IMG/VR virus record: IMGVR_UViG_3300045988_006728
Strand: one strand, 5' to 3'
From: a virus
Lineage: Duplodnaviria > Heunggongvirae > Uroviricota > Caudoviricetes
DNA length: 64,000 bases
Below, one piece after another: positions 5,884 to 16,500 of the stretch (position 1 is the first letter of the stretch; each line of letters starts with the position of its first letter). Both the position numbers and the translations under genes were made by a program. Under the pieces are notes generated by a model that was not told where the DNA came from, did no database searches, and saw only the letters and a list, made by a program, of their open reading frames with translations.

Positions 5884-7485
5884 ATGGACTTAAATGCTGT
5901 TAAGCAGAAGCGAGTGGAAGATGTTAGGAAAGTCCTAGCTGGAGAGTTGGGGCTTTCTGATGAAGTAAAAGAAATTATTAAATCATTCGGTAAAGACCCC
6001 TCTAAATTCCTTCCAACTCAAATTCTGACTTTATTAAGATACACACCAGACCAAGTTCGCCTTATCTTTAAATTGATGACTGATAAGAACTATGTAGCCC
6101 CTCAGCCGGGTTCTCAAGAGGTCTTTTTAAATACTAATGCTGACTTGGTTCTCTATGGTGGTGCTGCTGGTGCTGGTAAGACTGCCGCATTGTTAATGGA
6201 CTCTTTAAGATTTATTGAAGACCCTAACTATAATGCTGTATATTTCCGTCGAAATACAACACAGTTACAAGGTGGTTTATGGCCTGCTGCAAAGAAACTA
6301 TTTGGTAAGTTTGGTGGGATTCCTCACGAGCAGAAAATGACTATCACATTCCCTTCTGGGGCAACTATCAAGTTTACCTACCTAGAACTTGAAAAGCACG
6401 CTGAAGGTCATCAGGGTATTGAATACTCAGCTATTTACTTTGACGAAGGTACACACTTCTCTGCTTCACAGATTTCATACCTACAAACCCGTCTACGTTC
6501 TGGTGCTGAAGGCGATTCATACATGAAGATTTCCATGAACCCAGACAGAGACCACTTTATTTACGATTGGGTAGAGCCATTCTTAGATGAAGAAGGCTAC
6601 CCAGACCCTGAAAAATGTGGTCGTATTCGTTGGTATGTAATGAACGATGGCGTGATGGTTTCTGATTGGGAGAGAGACAAGATTCTTGAAATGTTCCCCC
6701 TTGAGATTCCTCAAACATACACCTTTATTTCTGGTACGATTGATGATAACCCAATCCTTGACTTCTTAGAGCCTAAGTACCGTGGTAAGCTGGAAAACAA
6801 CACTCCTTTAAACGTTGCAAGACTTCGTTTCGGTAACTGGAAGGCTCGTGCAGAAGGTTCAAACTATTGGCAAAGACAATGGTGTGAAATTGTTGATTCA
6901 CTCCCAGAAGATGTATTTGATGTTAGAGCATGGGACTTAGCAGCAACTTTACCATCTGAGATTAACCCTAATCCAGACTGGACAGCAGGTGTTAAGATGG
7001 GTAAATCTAAAAAAGACGGTTGCTATTATATCATTGATGTAGTAAGATTTAGAGATAGACCCTCTGGAGTCGAAACACAAATTAATTTGACTGCTGAAAG
7101 TGACGGTAAGCGAACTGGTATTTTTATCCCTCAAGACCCAGGCGCTGCTGGTAAATCCTACGCAACATCCCTCATCAGGAAACTTGCCGAGAAAGGTTAT
7201 CGAGCAAGAGCCAAACCAACAAATAAAGATAAAGTTACCCGCTTTGCGGGATTTTCTGCTGCTTCTGAAGCTGGACTTGTAAAAGTCTTGAGAGGTAGTT
7301 GGAATGAAGCTTACTTTCAAGAGCTTGAAGGCTTTTGTGGTGATGGCAAAACTAAAGATGACCAAGTGGATGCTACCAGTGATGCTTTCAACAGTCTTAA
7401 CGAAGTTAAATTATTCAAGCCACCATCAATGGGCGCTCACACAGACTTAGTGAGGGGAAACCCATATGAGGGGCTTAGACGTTGA
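5884..7485 (+). CDS. Terminase large subunit
   Basis: Walker A LYGGAAGAGKT and a C-terminal nuclease-like region; GGAGG RBS before ATG at 5884 (the track ORF begins at 5869). Confidence 0.8.
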   Translation: MDLNAVKQKRVEDVRKVLAGELGLSDEVKEIIKSFGKDPSKFLPTQILTLLRYTPDQVRLIFKLMTDKNYVAPQPGSQEVFLNTNADLVLYGGAAGAGKTAALLMDSLRFIEDPNYNAVYFRRNTTQLQGGLWPAAKKLFGKFGGIPHEQKMTITFPSGATIKFTYLELEKHAEGHQGIEYSAIYFDEGTHFSASQISYLQTRLRSGAEGDSYMKISMNPDRDHFIYDWVEPFLDEEGYPDPEKCGRIRWYVMNDGVMVSDWERDKILEMFPLEIPQTYTFISGTIDDNPILDFLEPKYRGKLENNTPLNVARLRFGNWKARAEGSNYWQRQWCEIVDSLPEDVFDVRAWDLAATLPSEINPNPDWTAGVKMGKSKKDGCYYIIDVVRFRDRPSGVETQINLTAESDGKRTGIFIPQDPGAAGKSYATSLIRKLAEKGYRARAKPTNKDKVTRFAGFSAASEAGLVKVLRGSWNEAYFQELEGFCGDGKTKDDQVDATSDAFNSLNEVKLFKPPSMGAHTDLVRGNPYEGLRR

Positions 7486-7492
7486 TAGCTAG

Positions 7493-8968
7493 GTGAGAAG
7501 AATGGCAGATATTACAGAAACACAAGAAAGCTTACCACCATTTAGGATGGGTGAAGTAGGTTCTTTGGGTCTGAAGGTTAAGAATGGAAGAATCTATGAA
7601 GAACCTCGTCAGGCACTAAGGTTCCCTGAAAGTATTAAAACTTTCCAATTAATGATGCGTGACCCCGCTGTAGCAGCATCTGTAAATATTATTAAGATGT
7701 TTGTCAGAAAAGTCAACTGGAGATTCGTACCTCCAAAGGGAAAAGAGCAAGACCCTAAAATGCTTGAAAGAGCAGACTTCTTTAATTCTTTAATGGATGA
7801 CATGGAGCATGATTGGGCAGATTTTATTAACTCTGTAATGTCATTCTGCACTTATGGGTTCTGTGTTAATGAAAAGGTTTATAAGAAGCGTCAGGGTAAG
7901 AAAGGAAAGTACCAGTCTAAATTTGATGATGGTCTAATTGGATGGGCTAAATTACCAATCAGAAACCAATCAACACTTGATAAGTGGTATTTTGACGAAG
8001 ACTTTAGAAAAGTTACTGGTGTTAGACAGAATCTGAGAAATGTTTCACATATTGCTGGAGCAATTAATCTTGGAGAAAGACCACTAACAAGAAAACTCCC
8101 ACGAGCTAAATTCATGCTGTTTAAGTATGACGATGAATATGGAAACCCAGAAGGTCGTTCACCATTACTTAATGCCTATGTGCCGTGGAAGTATAAAGTT
8201 CAGATTGAAGAGTACGAAGCAGTCGGTGTTTCAAGAGACTTGGTAGGTATGCCAAAAATTGGTTTACCACCAGATTATCTGGATGAAAATGCAGAACCTG
8301 AAAAGAAAGCTTTCGTACAATACTGCAAAACTGTTGTTAACGATATGATTGCTAATGATAGAGCAGGTTTAATCTGGCCTAGATATATCGACCCAGATAC
8401 TAAAGAGGATATTTTTGAGTTCTCATTAGTTTCTAGACAGGGTGCTAAAGCATACGATACAGGTTCTATTATTGACAGATATTCCAAGCAGATTATGATG
8501 GCATTTATGTCAGATGTTCTTGCTATGGGTCAGTCAAAATATGGTTCATTCTCTCTTGCAGATTCTAAGACAAGCTTACTAGCAATGTCAGTAGATATTC
8601 TGCTGAAGCAAATTAAGAACGTAATTAACCGTGATTTAGTTGCACAGACTTATGCTCTTAATATGTGGGACGATGAAGAACATGTGCAAATCACATATGA
8701 TGATATCGAAACCCCAGACCTTGAAGTAATTGGTTCTTATATCCAGAAGACTGTTGCAGTAGGTGCTTTGGAAGTTGACAAAGAGCTATCTAACAAGCTT
8801 AGAGAGCATATTGGTCTTCCTCCTGCTGATGAGTCTCAGCCAGTATCTGAAAAGCTTTCTCCAAATAGCCAAAGCCGTTCAGGAGATGGTTATAAGACCG
8901 CTGGAGAAGGTACTGCAAAGACACCTTCAGCGAAAGACCCAAGCACAGCAAATAAGGCAAATAAATAA
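7493..8968 (+). CDS. Portal protein
   Basis: 491-aa ORF immediately after the terminase, acidic/Gly-rich C-terminus; call rests on position and size. Confidence 0.6.
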   Translation: MRRMADITETQESLPPFRMGEVGSLGLKVKNGRIYEEPRQALRFPESIKTFQLMMRDPAVAASVNIIKMFVRKVNWRFVPPKGKEQDPKMLERADFFNSLMDDMEHDWADFINSVMSFCTYGFCVNEKVYKKRQGKKGKYQSKFDDGLIGWAKLPIRNQSTLDKWYFDEDFRKVTGVRQNLRNVSHIAGAINLGERPLTRKLPRAKFMLFKYDDEYGNPEGRSPLLNAYVPWKYKVQIEEYEAVGVSRDLVGMPKIGLPPDYLDENAEPEKKAFVQYCKTVVNDMIANDRAGLIWPRYIDPDTKEDIFEFSLVSRQGAKAYDTGSIIDRYSKQIMMAFMSDVLAMGQSKYGSFSLADSKTSLLAMSVDILLKQIKNVINRDLVAQTYALNMWDDEEHVQITYDDIETPDLEVIGSYIQKTVAVGALEVDKELSNKLREHIGLPPADESQPVSEKLSPNSQSRSGDGYKTAGEGTAKTPSAKDPSTANKANK

Positions 8969-9468
8969 TGGCTGAAGTTATCTCTATTTCAAATGCTACA
9001 CGAGTGCATTCGTATAGAGGTGTTCTTATTATCACTGACAAATTATCTGTAGAGGCTGGCTCAAGGGTCAGCCTTTCAGGTTATGTAAGTGATGGTGGAA
9101 CCTCTGACGTTTTCACTATTTGCAGGTTACTTGATGCACCAATGAGTGGAAAACCGTTTATTTTAGGAAATTGTAGTGAAATTGTTAAAATTCCATTTGA
9201 CAGTTCATGCCTTTTGGGTGTAAAGTTATATAACTGCGAGAATAAACGTATCAATGTTAATAGCATTGAAGCCGCTTTCATTACCCTCGACACTGCATTT
9301 CAATCTCCAATGACAGTTAATAAAGAAACAAACAGACTTGAATACATTTTTTCACAAAATGATTACAAAGTACTTGTCAAAGGCAAAGTATATGATATGA
9401 TTGTAAATGTGGTAGATGAATCTGGTAACCATTCAACAGTCCTTAAACAAAAAGTAAGGTTTAATTAA
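8968..9468 (+). CDS. Hypothetical head-module protein
   Basis: 166-aa ORF, start overlaps portal stop. Confidence 0.4.
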   Translation: MAEVISISNATRVHSYRGVLIITDKLSVEAGSRVSLSGYVSDGGTSDVFTICRLLDAPMSGKPFILGNCSEIVKIPFDSSCLLGVKLYNCENKRINVNSIEAAFITLDTAFQSPMTVNKETNRLEYIFSQNDYKVLVKGKVYDMIVNVVDESGNHSTVLKQKVRFN

Positions 9469-9800
9469 TGGGAACATTAACTATTGATGGTAAGAATAAA
9501 ATCCTCGCCACGCTAACCCCAACGACTATTATTTTACACAATGTAGACCCAACGGCAGACCCTACAGCAAATAAGGTTACTCAGCCAGTGGCTATTTATT
9601 TTTCTGAACCGGATAATGGCTTAATTGCCTCAGAAGATACAGTTAATATTACTGTTCCAGCTTCTGCAACGGTCTCACACTATAGCTTGTGGGATGCTAA
9701 CGATAAATGCGTGGCAACTGGTGCTCTTAGCAAACCTCAATTCTTCGCTGAAGAAGGTATCTATGTTATCTCTTCAGTCTCTGTAGATTTAAACAAATAG
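9468..9800 (+). CDS. Hypothetical head-module protein
   Basis: 110-aa ORF, start overlaps previous stop. Confidence 0.4.
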   Translation: MGTLTIDGKNKILATLTPTTIILHNVDPTADPTANKVTQPVAIYFSEPDNGLIASEDTVNITVPASATVSHYSLWDANDKCVATGALSKPQFFAEEGIYVISSVSVDLNK

Positions 9801-9811
9801 GGTGAGTAAAA

Positions 9812-11158
9812 ATGAGTTCGAATATCTTCAGACTTGCTGATAGATTATTCAACCAACCTTTACTAGCCACTGAATCATTAGCTCACTCAGCAGCAACTTA
9901 TGTGAATAACAGATTGCTGGGTGATGTCCAAGCAGCAGTAAACTTTGATAAACCCAAAGGTGAAGCAAGAAGTCTTTTAAAAGTGAAAGATGACATTGCT
10001 ATTATCCCTATTATGGGTGGTTTAACCCATCGTATGACATTCATTGATGCAATGTGTACAGGTGGATTAAGCTCTTATGAAGGTTTGCGTAGAGGCTTTG
10101 ACGAAGCTTTAGCAGATGAGTCAATCAAGACTATTGTTCTGCACATCGATTCTGGTGGTGGTGAAGCTTCAGGTTGCTTTGAATTAGCACGTCACATTAT
10201 GGCTTCAAGAGGCCAAAAGAAAATTATTGCTTATGTAGATGAGTTCGCTTGTTCCGCTGCATACGCTCTTGCATCTTCTGCTGAAGAAATTATTGCATCA
10301 CCAGATGCAGATGTTGGTTCTATCGGTGTAATCATGGTTCATCAGGAATTAACTAAGGCATTTGAAAAGAATGGCGTAACAATTAACGTCATCAAAGCTG
10401 GTGAGTTTAAAGGTATGGGTTCACCATTCCAAGCACTCTCAGAAGAAAGCAAAGAAAGACTTCAAAAGAGAATTAATGATACCTACGCAACCTTTACAGG
10501 TTTTGTAGCTGAATCTCGTAATCTCTCTGAAGAAGCTGTAAAGAATACTGAGGCGAATGTTTATTCTGCTCAGGAAGCTCTTGAACTTGGTTTAATTAAC
10601 TCAATCATGTCTCAAGATGATTTCTTAAATTACTTACAAGGTTCTGAAGAGGCTCCTGTAAGTTTAAACGTTAACAATTCAGGTGAAGAAATGACTGAAC
10701 AAGAAAAGCAAGAACTAGAAGCTTTGCGTCTTCAGGTTGCTCAAATGAAAGCTAAAGAACAGGAAGCTGCTTTGTCAGATTTGACTAATAAGATTTCTGC
10801 TTCTGCTGAAGCTTTTGGATTTGATGCAAAAGAAGCTGCAACGACTATTTTAGGTGCTGGTCTTGATAACCCTCTGAGTGTTCTGTTTATGAATGCTATG
10901 GAAGGTGCTAACCAGAAACTTAATGAAACTATCGCGTCCCATGCTTCTGCAATGGAAGAAAAAGAATCAGAAATTACCAAGCTGAAAGAAACTGCTGGTG
11001 CTGTTCTTGAACATTCTAATGCTATGGAAGAAATGGGTAATGACGGCGAAGCTGATTTGGTTGAAGAAGAAAAAGAACCAGCTAAGAATGCTTCCGAAGA
11101 CACCGCTGAACAACGCAAACTGGCTCTCCAGAATGCTCTAAAATCTCTTATCAAATAA
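9812..11158 (+). CDS. Prohead serine protease (S49/ClpP-like) fused to a scaffold-like C-terminal domain
   Basis: IVLHIDSGGGEASG motif in the N-terminal half; C-terminal 150 aa are Ala/Glu/Lys-rich and coiled-coil-like. Confidence 0.6.
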   Translation: MSSNIFRLADRLFNQPLLATESLAHSAATYVNNRLLGDVQAAVNFDKPKGEARSLLKVKDDIAIIPIMGGLTHRMTFIDAMCTGGLSSYEGLRRGFDEALADESIKTIVLHIDSGGGEASGCFELARHIMASRGQKKIIAYVDEFACSAAYALASSAEEIIASPDADVGSIGVIMVHQELTKAFEKNGVTINVIKAGEFKGMGSPFQALSEESKERLQKRINDTYATFTGFVAESRNLSEEAVKNTEANVYSAQEALELGLINSIMSQDDFLNYLQGSEEAPVSLNVNNSGEEMTEQEKQELEALRLQVAQMKAKEQEAALSDLTNKISASAEAFGFDAKEAATTILGAGLDNPLSVLFMNAMEGANQKLNETIASHASAMEEKESEITKLKETAGAVLEHSNAMEEMGNDGEADLVEEEKEPAKNASEDTAEQRKLALQNALKSLIK

Positions 11159-11169
11159 GGAACACAATA

Positions 11170-11547
11170 ATGGCATATCAAGGTTTTACTAAGTTAGGTA
11201 ACAGAGAACCTCTGAATGATATCATTCTTTGGGAACAGATTACCCCAACAGGCCACTCTCGTAAAGAGTACACTCCACAGGCATCTACAGAGTATCGTGT
11301 AGGTGAAGTTCTGAAAGCAGATGGTACTAAGGTACAAGCTGGAGAAGAAGCCCAAGCAGACTCTGTATGTATCGTTAATTTCTACGCAGACCTGCAACTG
11401 TCTTATCATGGTCAGTTGAAAGTAGTAGGTATCCACCGTGATGCAGAACTGAAAGACCTGCTAACTCTTGAATCAAGAGTTGATGCTACTAAAGTCAAGA
11501 AAGCTCTGGCTGCTAAAGGTATTGATTTCGTACCAACTGGCCTGTAA
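11170..11547 (+). CDS. Hypothetical head protein (decoration-like position)
   Basis: 125-aa ORF between protease and capsid genes. Confidence 0.4.
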   Translation: MAYQGFTKLGNREPLNDIILWEQITPTGHSRKEYTPQASTEYRVGEVLKADGTKVQAGEEAQADSVCIVNFYADLQLSYHGQLKVVGIHRDAELKDLLTLESRVDATKVKKALAAKGIDFVPTGL

Positions 11548-11580
11548 TAACAATAATAAGACATTCTGGAGAATTTTACA

Positions 11581-12687
11581 ATGTTGACTAATTCTGAAAA
11601 AAGCAGATTTTTCCTTGCTGACCTGACTGGTGAAGTCCAGTCTATCCCAAATACTTATGGGTATATTTCCAACTTAGGTCTGTTCCGTTCAGCACCAATC
11701 ACCCAAACTACTTTCCTTATGGACTTGACTGATTGGGATGTTAGCTTGCTTGATGCGGTAGACCGTGATAGCCGTAAAGCAGAGACTAGCGCACCTGAGC
11801 GTGTTCGTCAAATCAGCTTCCCAATGATGTACTTCAAAGAAGTTGAAAGCATCACTCCTGATGAAATTCAGGGTGTACGTCAGCCAGGCACTGCAAACGA
11901 ACTGACTACTGAAGCTGTAGTACGTGCTAAGAAGCTGATGAAGATTCGTACCAAGTTCGATATTACTCGTGAGTTCCTGTTTATGCAAGCTCTGAAGGGT
12001 AAAGTTGTTGATGCTCGTGGTACTCTGTACGCTGACCTGTACAAGCAGTTCGACGTTGAGAAGAAGACTATTTACTTCGACCTTGACAATCCTAATGCTG
12101 ATATCGACGCTTCTATTGAAGAACTGCGTATGCACATGGAAGATGAAGCTAAGACTGGCACTGTAATCAACGGTGAAGAGATTCACGTAGTTGTTGACCG
12201 TGTATTCTTCAGCAAACTGGTTAAGCATCCTAAGATTCGTGACGCTTATCTTGCACAGCAGACTCCACTGGCTTGGCAACAGATTACTGGTTCTCTGAGA
12301 ACTGGTGGTGCTGACGGCGTTCAGGCTCATATGAATACTTTCTACTACGGTGGTGTTAAGTTTGTCCAGTACAACGGTAAGTTCAAAGACAAGCGTGGTA
12401 AGGTTCACACTCTGGTTAGCATTGACAGCGTAGCAGACACTGTTGGTGTTGGTCATGCTTTCCCTAACGTAGCTATGCTGGGTGAAGCTAACAACATCTT
12501 CGAAGTTGCATATGGTCCATGTCCTAAGATGGGTTACGCAAATACACTTGGTCAGGAACTGTACGTATTCGAATACGAAAAAGACCGTGACGAAGGTATT
12601 GACTTCGAAGCTCACTCTTACATGCTGCCATACTGTACTCGTCCTCAGTTGCTGGTAGATGTTCGCGCTGACGCTAAAGGCGAATGA
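11581..12687 (+). CDS. Major capsid protein
   Basis: 368-aa ORF following the protease/scaffold gene; identified by order and size. Confidence 0.6.
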   Translation: MLTNSEKSRFFLADLTGEVQSIPNTYGYISNLGLFRSAPITQTTFLMDLTDWDVSLLDAVDRDSRKAETSAPERVRQISFPMMYFKEVESITPDEIQGVRQPGTANELTTEAVVRAKKLMKIRTKFDITREFLFMQALKGKVVDARGTLYADLYKQFDVEKKTIYFDLDNPNADIDASIEELRMHMEDEAKTGTVINGEEIHVVVDRVFFSKLVKHPKIRDAYLAQQTPLAWQQITGSLRTGGADGVQAHMNTFYYGGVKFVQYNGKFKDKRGKVHTLVSIDSVADTVGVGHAFPNVAMLGEANNIFEVAYGPCPKMGYANTLGQELYVFEYEKDRDEGIDFEAHSYMLPYCTRPQLLVDVRADAKGE

Positions 12688-12708
12688 TATTCTTAAGGAG
12701 GGTTATGA

Positions 12709-13158
12709 ATGTGTTATACAGGCGCCCCAGCCAATAACCCTCTTGATAGAGTAAGAATCCTCTGCACAGACACCAATAATGATGAAATTCTTATTGAACA
12801 GTCTGTGCTAGAGTGGTTCTATCTAGAATCTGGAAAGGATGAAAAGAAAGCAGCCATCAAAGCTCTTAAATATTTACTCTTTCAAGTAGCCAAGATGGGA
12901 GATGAGAAGGTTGGTGGTGTTTATTTACGTAATTCTTCCAGATTCAAATCTCTGAAAGCTGTTTATGACGACCTTGTTAAAAGCTCTGTTTCAGGACTAC
13001 CCTATGCAGGTGGTATTAATCAGTGTGATATTGACATGCGTCGTCAGAATCCTTGCTCTGTCAAGAAATACACAGAATATGGTGATGCTGCCAGATACGA
13101 AGGCAGAGATTACTGCAACCGTGTTAATGGCGTATTTATTATCGAGCGAGATGAATAA
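12709..13158 (+). CDS. Head-tail connector/neck protein (hypothetical)
   Basis: 149-aa ORF in the morphogenesis operon. Confidence 0.4.
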   Translation: MCYTGAPANNPLDRVRILCTDTNNDEILIEQSVLEWFYLESGKDEKKAAIKALKYLLFQVAKMGDEKVGGVYLRNSSRFKSLKAVYDDLVKSSVSGLPYAGGINQCDIDMRRQNPCSVKKYTEYGDAARYEGRDYCNRVNGVFIIERDE

Positions 13159-13640
13159 TGGTTAAAAGGGTTATTCACCCCGCGAGAGCAAAATTAGTCG
13201 GGGCTATGAAGAACTTGCAAACGGCTAATGCTCAAGTTGGGTATTTTCAAGAACAAGGTCAACATAGCTCTGGTTTTTCTTATCCTGCTTTAATGTATTT
13301 ACAAGAAGTTATTGGGGTTCCTTCAGCTTCTGGTAAAGTATATCGTAGGTTGTTTGAAATCACTATGATGCTAAACAAACAGACCTTGTTAGAGCAGACT
13401 AAGAAGAATCTATATAAGCAACTTAGCAGTCTCAACACAGACCCTTCAAATACCTTAGAAGCATTTGCAAAGAATGCTCAAAAGGCAATTAAAAGAGGTT
13501 TTGGTAATTCTGCTATCCTCCCTCCTAACGCACCTTCCACAGTCAAGAAAAAAGGCTTTAACGCACCTCTTGTTGAGACAGGTGACTTAAGAGATAACCT
13601 TGCTTATAAAATTTCTACTAAGAAGGGTATTAAAAAATGA
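13158..13640 (+). CDS. Head-tail joining protein (hypothetical)
   Basis: 160-aa ORF, translationally coupled. Confidence 0.4.
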   Translation: MVKRVIHPARAKLVGAMKNLQTANAQVGYFQEQGQHSSGFSYPALMYLQEVIGVPSASGKVYRRLFEITMMLNKQTLLEQTKKNLYKQLSSLNTDPSNTLEAFAKNAQKAIKRGFGNSAILPPNAPSTVKKKGFNAPLVETGDLRDNLAYKISTKKGIKK

Positions 13641-14038
13641 GACTCTTAAACAGACACAGCTTTGTAGTAAAGCGTAAAGTCTCTGAAGATGGTTATTATA
13701 ATGCTGATGGTGATTGGGTAGCTTCACAAGATATTGTAGAGGTTAACTGTAAAGGTAATATTCAGCCATATATCAAAGGTTCTGTAAAGAATGGTACACA
13801 GATTGCTTTACCGGAAGGTATTAGGCTTACCGATACAAGAATCCTGTATACCACATATAAACTTAGAACTTCAGATGATGTAGAGTGGAATGAGTCTGAT
13901 ATTGTTATGATTGATGGTCATGAGTATGAAGTATTTATGACTATGGATTGGTCACAGCAATTAGCCCATACGTCCCATTATGAATATATCATTATTAGAA
14001 GGGATAAAATGAATGCAGTTAGAAACAGCAGAACTTGA
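13637..14038 (+). CDS. Neck/tail completion protein (hypothetical)
   Basis: 133-aa ORF, overlapping stop/start. Confidence 0.4.
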   Translation: MRLLNRHSFVVKRKVSEDGYYNADGDWVASQDIVEVNCKGNIQPYIKGSVKNGTQIALPEGIRLTDTRILYTTYKLRTSDDVEWNESDIVMIDGHEYEVFMTMDWSQQLAHTSHYEYIIIRRDKMNAVRNSRT

Positions 14039-14612
14039 AAAAGGTCTAGTTAGAACCTTAGTGGATGTTATTGGTCACAGACTAGCTCGTGATAAAAATA
14101 ATAGACCAAATGTAATTAGAGCTTACCCTTCTGATAACTCAAATGACAAAGGTTTAAAACCTGACCAGCCATTTATTACCGTATATTGTCAAGATGCTGC
14201 AACACCTTATGGTTGGGTTCTTGATAAGTTTGTTGAGGATGATGTAGTTTGCTACAGAATTGCTTTTCAGATTCCAGTATTAATTACGGTGAATGGTAAA
14301 GGTGCTCACAGTATTATGCTTGAGCTTAAACAACGATTAGAGATGAGTTCAGTCAGGGATTTAATTCTTGAAGAGACAGGAGCTACAGTACTAGACACTG
14401 GAGCCATCCCAAATGACTACACTTATCTCAATACAGATTTCGAAAATTCTGCGCCTCTTGTTGTAACTCTTGTAAAAAATTCAGTCCTGAAAGATGAACG
14501 TGGAAGTATTATTGAGCGTGTCATTGTTGATGGTGAGTTGGTTTATGAAGAAGGACAAGAGCCACCAGAATATACTATCCATCTAGATGTAGACTCCAAA
14601 GGGGTAAAATAA
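14013..14612 (+). CDS. Tail completion protein (hypothetical)
   Basis: 199-aa ORF. Confidence 0.4.
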   Translation: MQLETAELEKGLVRTLVDVIGHRLARDKNNRPNVIRAYPSDNSNDKGLKPDQPFITVYCQDAATPYGWVLDKFVEDDVVCYRIAFQIPVLITVNGKGAHSIMLELKQRLEMSSVRDLILEETGATVLDTGAIPNDYTYLNTDFENSAPLVVTLVKNSVLKDERGSIIERVIVDGELVYEEGQEPPEYTIHLDVDSKGVK

Positions 14613-15965
14613 ATGTGGAATCCAATTGTTAATGTAGATATTACATTGAACACCGCAGGAACTACAAGAGAAGGTTTTGGTTTGCCACTATTCTTAGCTT
14701 CAACAGATAACTTTGAAGAAAGAGTCCGTGGTTACACTTCCTTAACTGAAGTTGCTGAAGATTTCGATGAAAACTCTGCTGCATATAAGGCTGCTAAACA
14801 ACTTTGGAGTCAGACTCCTAAAGTAACTCAGCTTTATATTGGTAGACGTGCTATGCAGTACACTGTATCAATTCCTAATGCCGTTGCTGAAAGTACAGAC
14901 TACTCAATTACTGTAGCTGCTGGCGGTGGAATTTCTCAACCATATCAGTATACAGCGCAAGCTGAAGACACTGCTGAAAACGTGTTGCAACAGTTTAAAA
15001 CACAGATTGAAGCTGACCCAACAATCAAAGATAAGGTTTCTGTGAACGTAACTGGTAGCAATGGCTCTGCCACAATGATTATTACCAAAGCTGGTGATAA
15101 TGACTTTGTGAAAGTAACAACTACAGCACAGACTGTGTATATTGCAAGTACAACTGCCGATACAGCATCAACTGCTCTGGCAGCTATCGAAGCTTACTCT
15201 ACTGACTGGTATTTCATTGCAGCAGAAGACAGAACTCAACAGTTTGTCTTAGCAATGGCTTCTGAGATTCAGGCTCGCAAGAAAATCTTCTTTACAGCTA
15301 ACTCCGATGTAACAGCCCTGCAAGGTACAGAATTAGCCAGTGCAAATGATGTTCCAGCACAGCTTGCTAAGAGTATGTACACTCGTACAGTTTGCTTGTG
15401 GCATCACGCAGCAGCAGAAGACTACCCAGAGATGGCATACATTGCTTATGGTGCTCCATATGATGCAGGTTCAATTGCTTGGGGTAATGCTCAGCTAACT
15501 GGTGTAGCAGCTTCTCTACAACCATCTAATCAGAGACCTCTGACAAGTATTCAGAAGTCTGCTTTAGATGTACGTCACTGTAACTTTATTGACCTTGATG
15601 GTGGTGTTCCAGTGGTTCGTAGAGGGATTACTTCTGGTGGGGAATGGATTGATATCGTCCGTGGCGTTGACTGGTTAGAATCAGACCTGAAAACTTCTCT
15701 GAGAGACTTGCTAATTAACCAGAAGGGTGGTAAGATTACTTATGATGATACTGGTATTACCCGTATTCGTCAAGTCATTGAAACCTCTCTACAAAGAGCA
15801 GTCAACAGAAACTTCCTGTCATCTTACACAGTTAATGTTCCTAAAGCCTCTCAAGTTGCTTTGGCAGACAAGAAAGCTCGTATCCTGAAAGATGTTACCT
15901 TCGCAGGTATCTTAGCAGGGGCTATCTTGGATGTTGACTTGAAAGGTACAGTGGCTTACGAATAA
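14613..15965 (+). CDS. Tail sheath protein (putative)
   Basis: 450-aa ORF directly before a 148-aa tube-sized gene; a P2-like baseplate set downstream supports a contractile tail. Confidence 0.5.
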   Translation: MWNPIVNVDITLNTAGTTREGFGLPLFLASTDNFEERVRGYTSLTEVAEDFDENSAAYKAAKQLWSQTPKVTQLYIGRRAMQYTVSIPNAVAESTDYSITVAAGGGISQPYQYTAQAEDTAENVLQQFKTQIEADPTIKDKVSVNVTGSNGSATMIITKAGDNDFVKVTTTAQTVYIASTTADTASTALAAIEAYSTDWYFIAAEDRTQQFVLAMASEIQARKKIFFTANSDVTALQGTELASANDVPAQLAKSMYTRTVCLWHHAAAEDYPEMAYIAYGAPYDAGSIAWGNAQLTGVAASLQPSNQRPLTSIQKSALDVRHCNFIDLDGGVPVVRRGITSGGEWIDIVRGVDWLESDLKTSLRDLLINQKGGKITYDDTGITRIRQVIETSLQRAVNRNFLSSYTVNVPKASQVALADKKARILKDVTFAGILAGAILDVDLKGTVAYE

Positions 15966-15980
15966 TAGAGGTAAATTGGA

Positions 15981-16427
15981 ATGGCTATGTATCAGCAATA
16001 TTCCCCTAAAGACGTTGTATGTAGCTGGAATGGTATTGCCATTGAAGGCTTTGCCCCAGATTCATTCTTGCGTCTACAGAGAACATCACCGCTTGTGACA
16101 CCAGTTGTTGGTGCAGGTGGTCAAGTTGCTCTGACAAGAAATGCAGACAAGACAGGTACTATTGAGATTGAGTTAATGCAGACTTCTCTCTCTAACCAGA
16201 TGCTTTCTGCAATTCAAGCTAAACAAGACAATATGGAACTTGAAGAAGATATCTCTTCTAACTTCGTAATCTACGACCCATCAGGCTCTGTTCTGGCAAC
16301 TGGTATTAATGCTTGGTTGCAGGAATTACCACAGATTGAACTTGGTCGTGACCAGAACTCTAAAACTTGGATTTTTGGTTGTGAGAAGCTAGACTACACT
16401 TCTACAATTCCAGCGTCAAGTGTTTAA
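15981..16427 (+). CDS. Tail tube protein (putative)
   Basis: 148-aa ORF followed by a rho-independent terminator. Confidence 0.5.
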   Translation: MAMYQQYSPKDVVCSWNGIAIEGFAPDSFLRLQRTSPLVTPVVGAGGQVALTRNADKTGTIEIELMQTSLSNQMLSAIQAKQDNMELEEDISSNFVIYDPSGSVLATGINAWLQELPQIELGRDQNSKTWIFGCEKLDYTSTIPASSV

Positions 16428-16438
16428 TAAATCCTATA

Positions 16439-16476
16439 AGGGGGAGACTTTAAAAGGTCTTCCCCTTTTTTGTTTC
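16439..16476 (+). terminator. Rho-independent terminator
   Basis: ggggagac-tttaaaag-gtcttcccc hairpin followed by tttttt. Confidence 0.6.
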
Positions 16477-16500
16477 TTTTAAAAGTATTAAGGAATCACA

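Noticed and set aside
11689-12615. 308-aa ORF on the minus strand inside the major capsid gene, and similar long antisense ORFs at 24075-24602, 6949-7365 and 10741-11181
   Set aside because: They lie fully within well-supported plus-strand genes, lack ribosome-binding sites and have low-complexity composition; treated as antisense artefacts.
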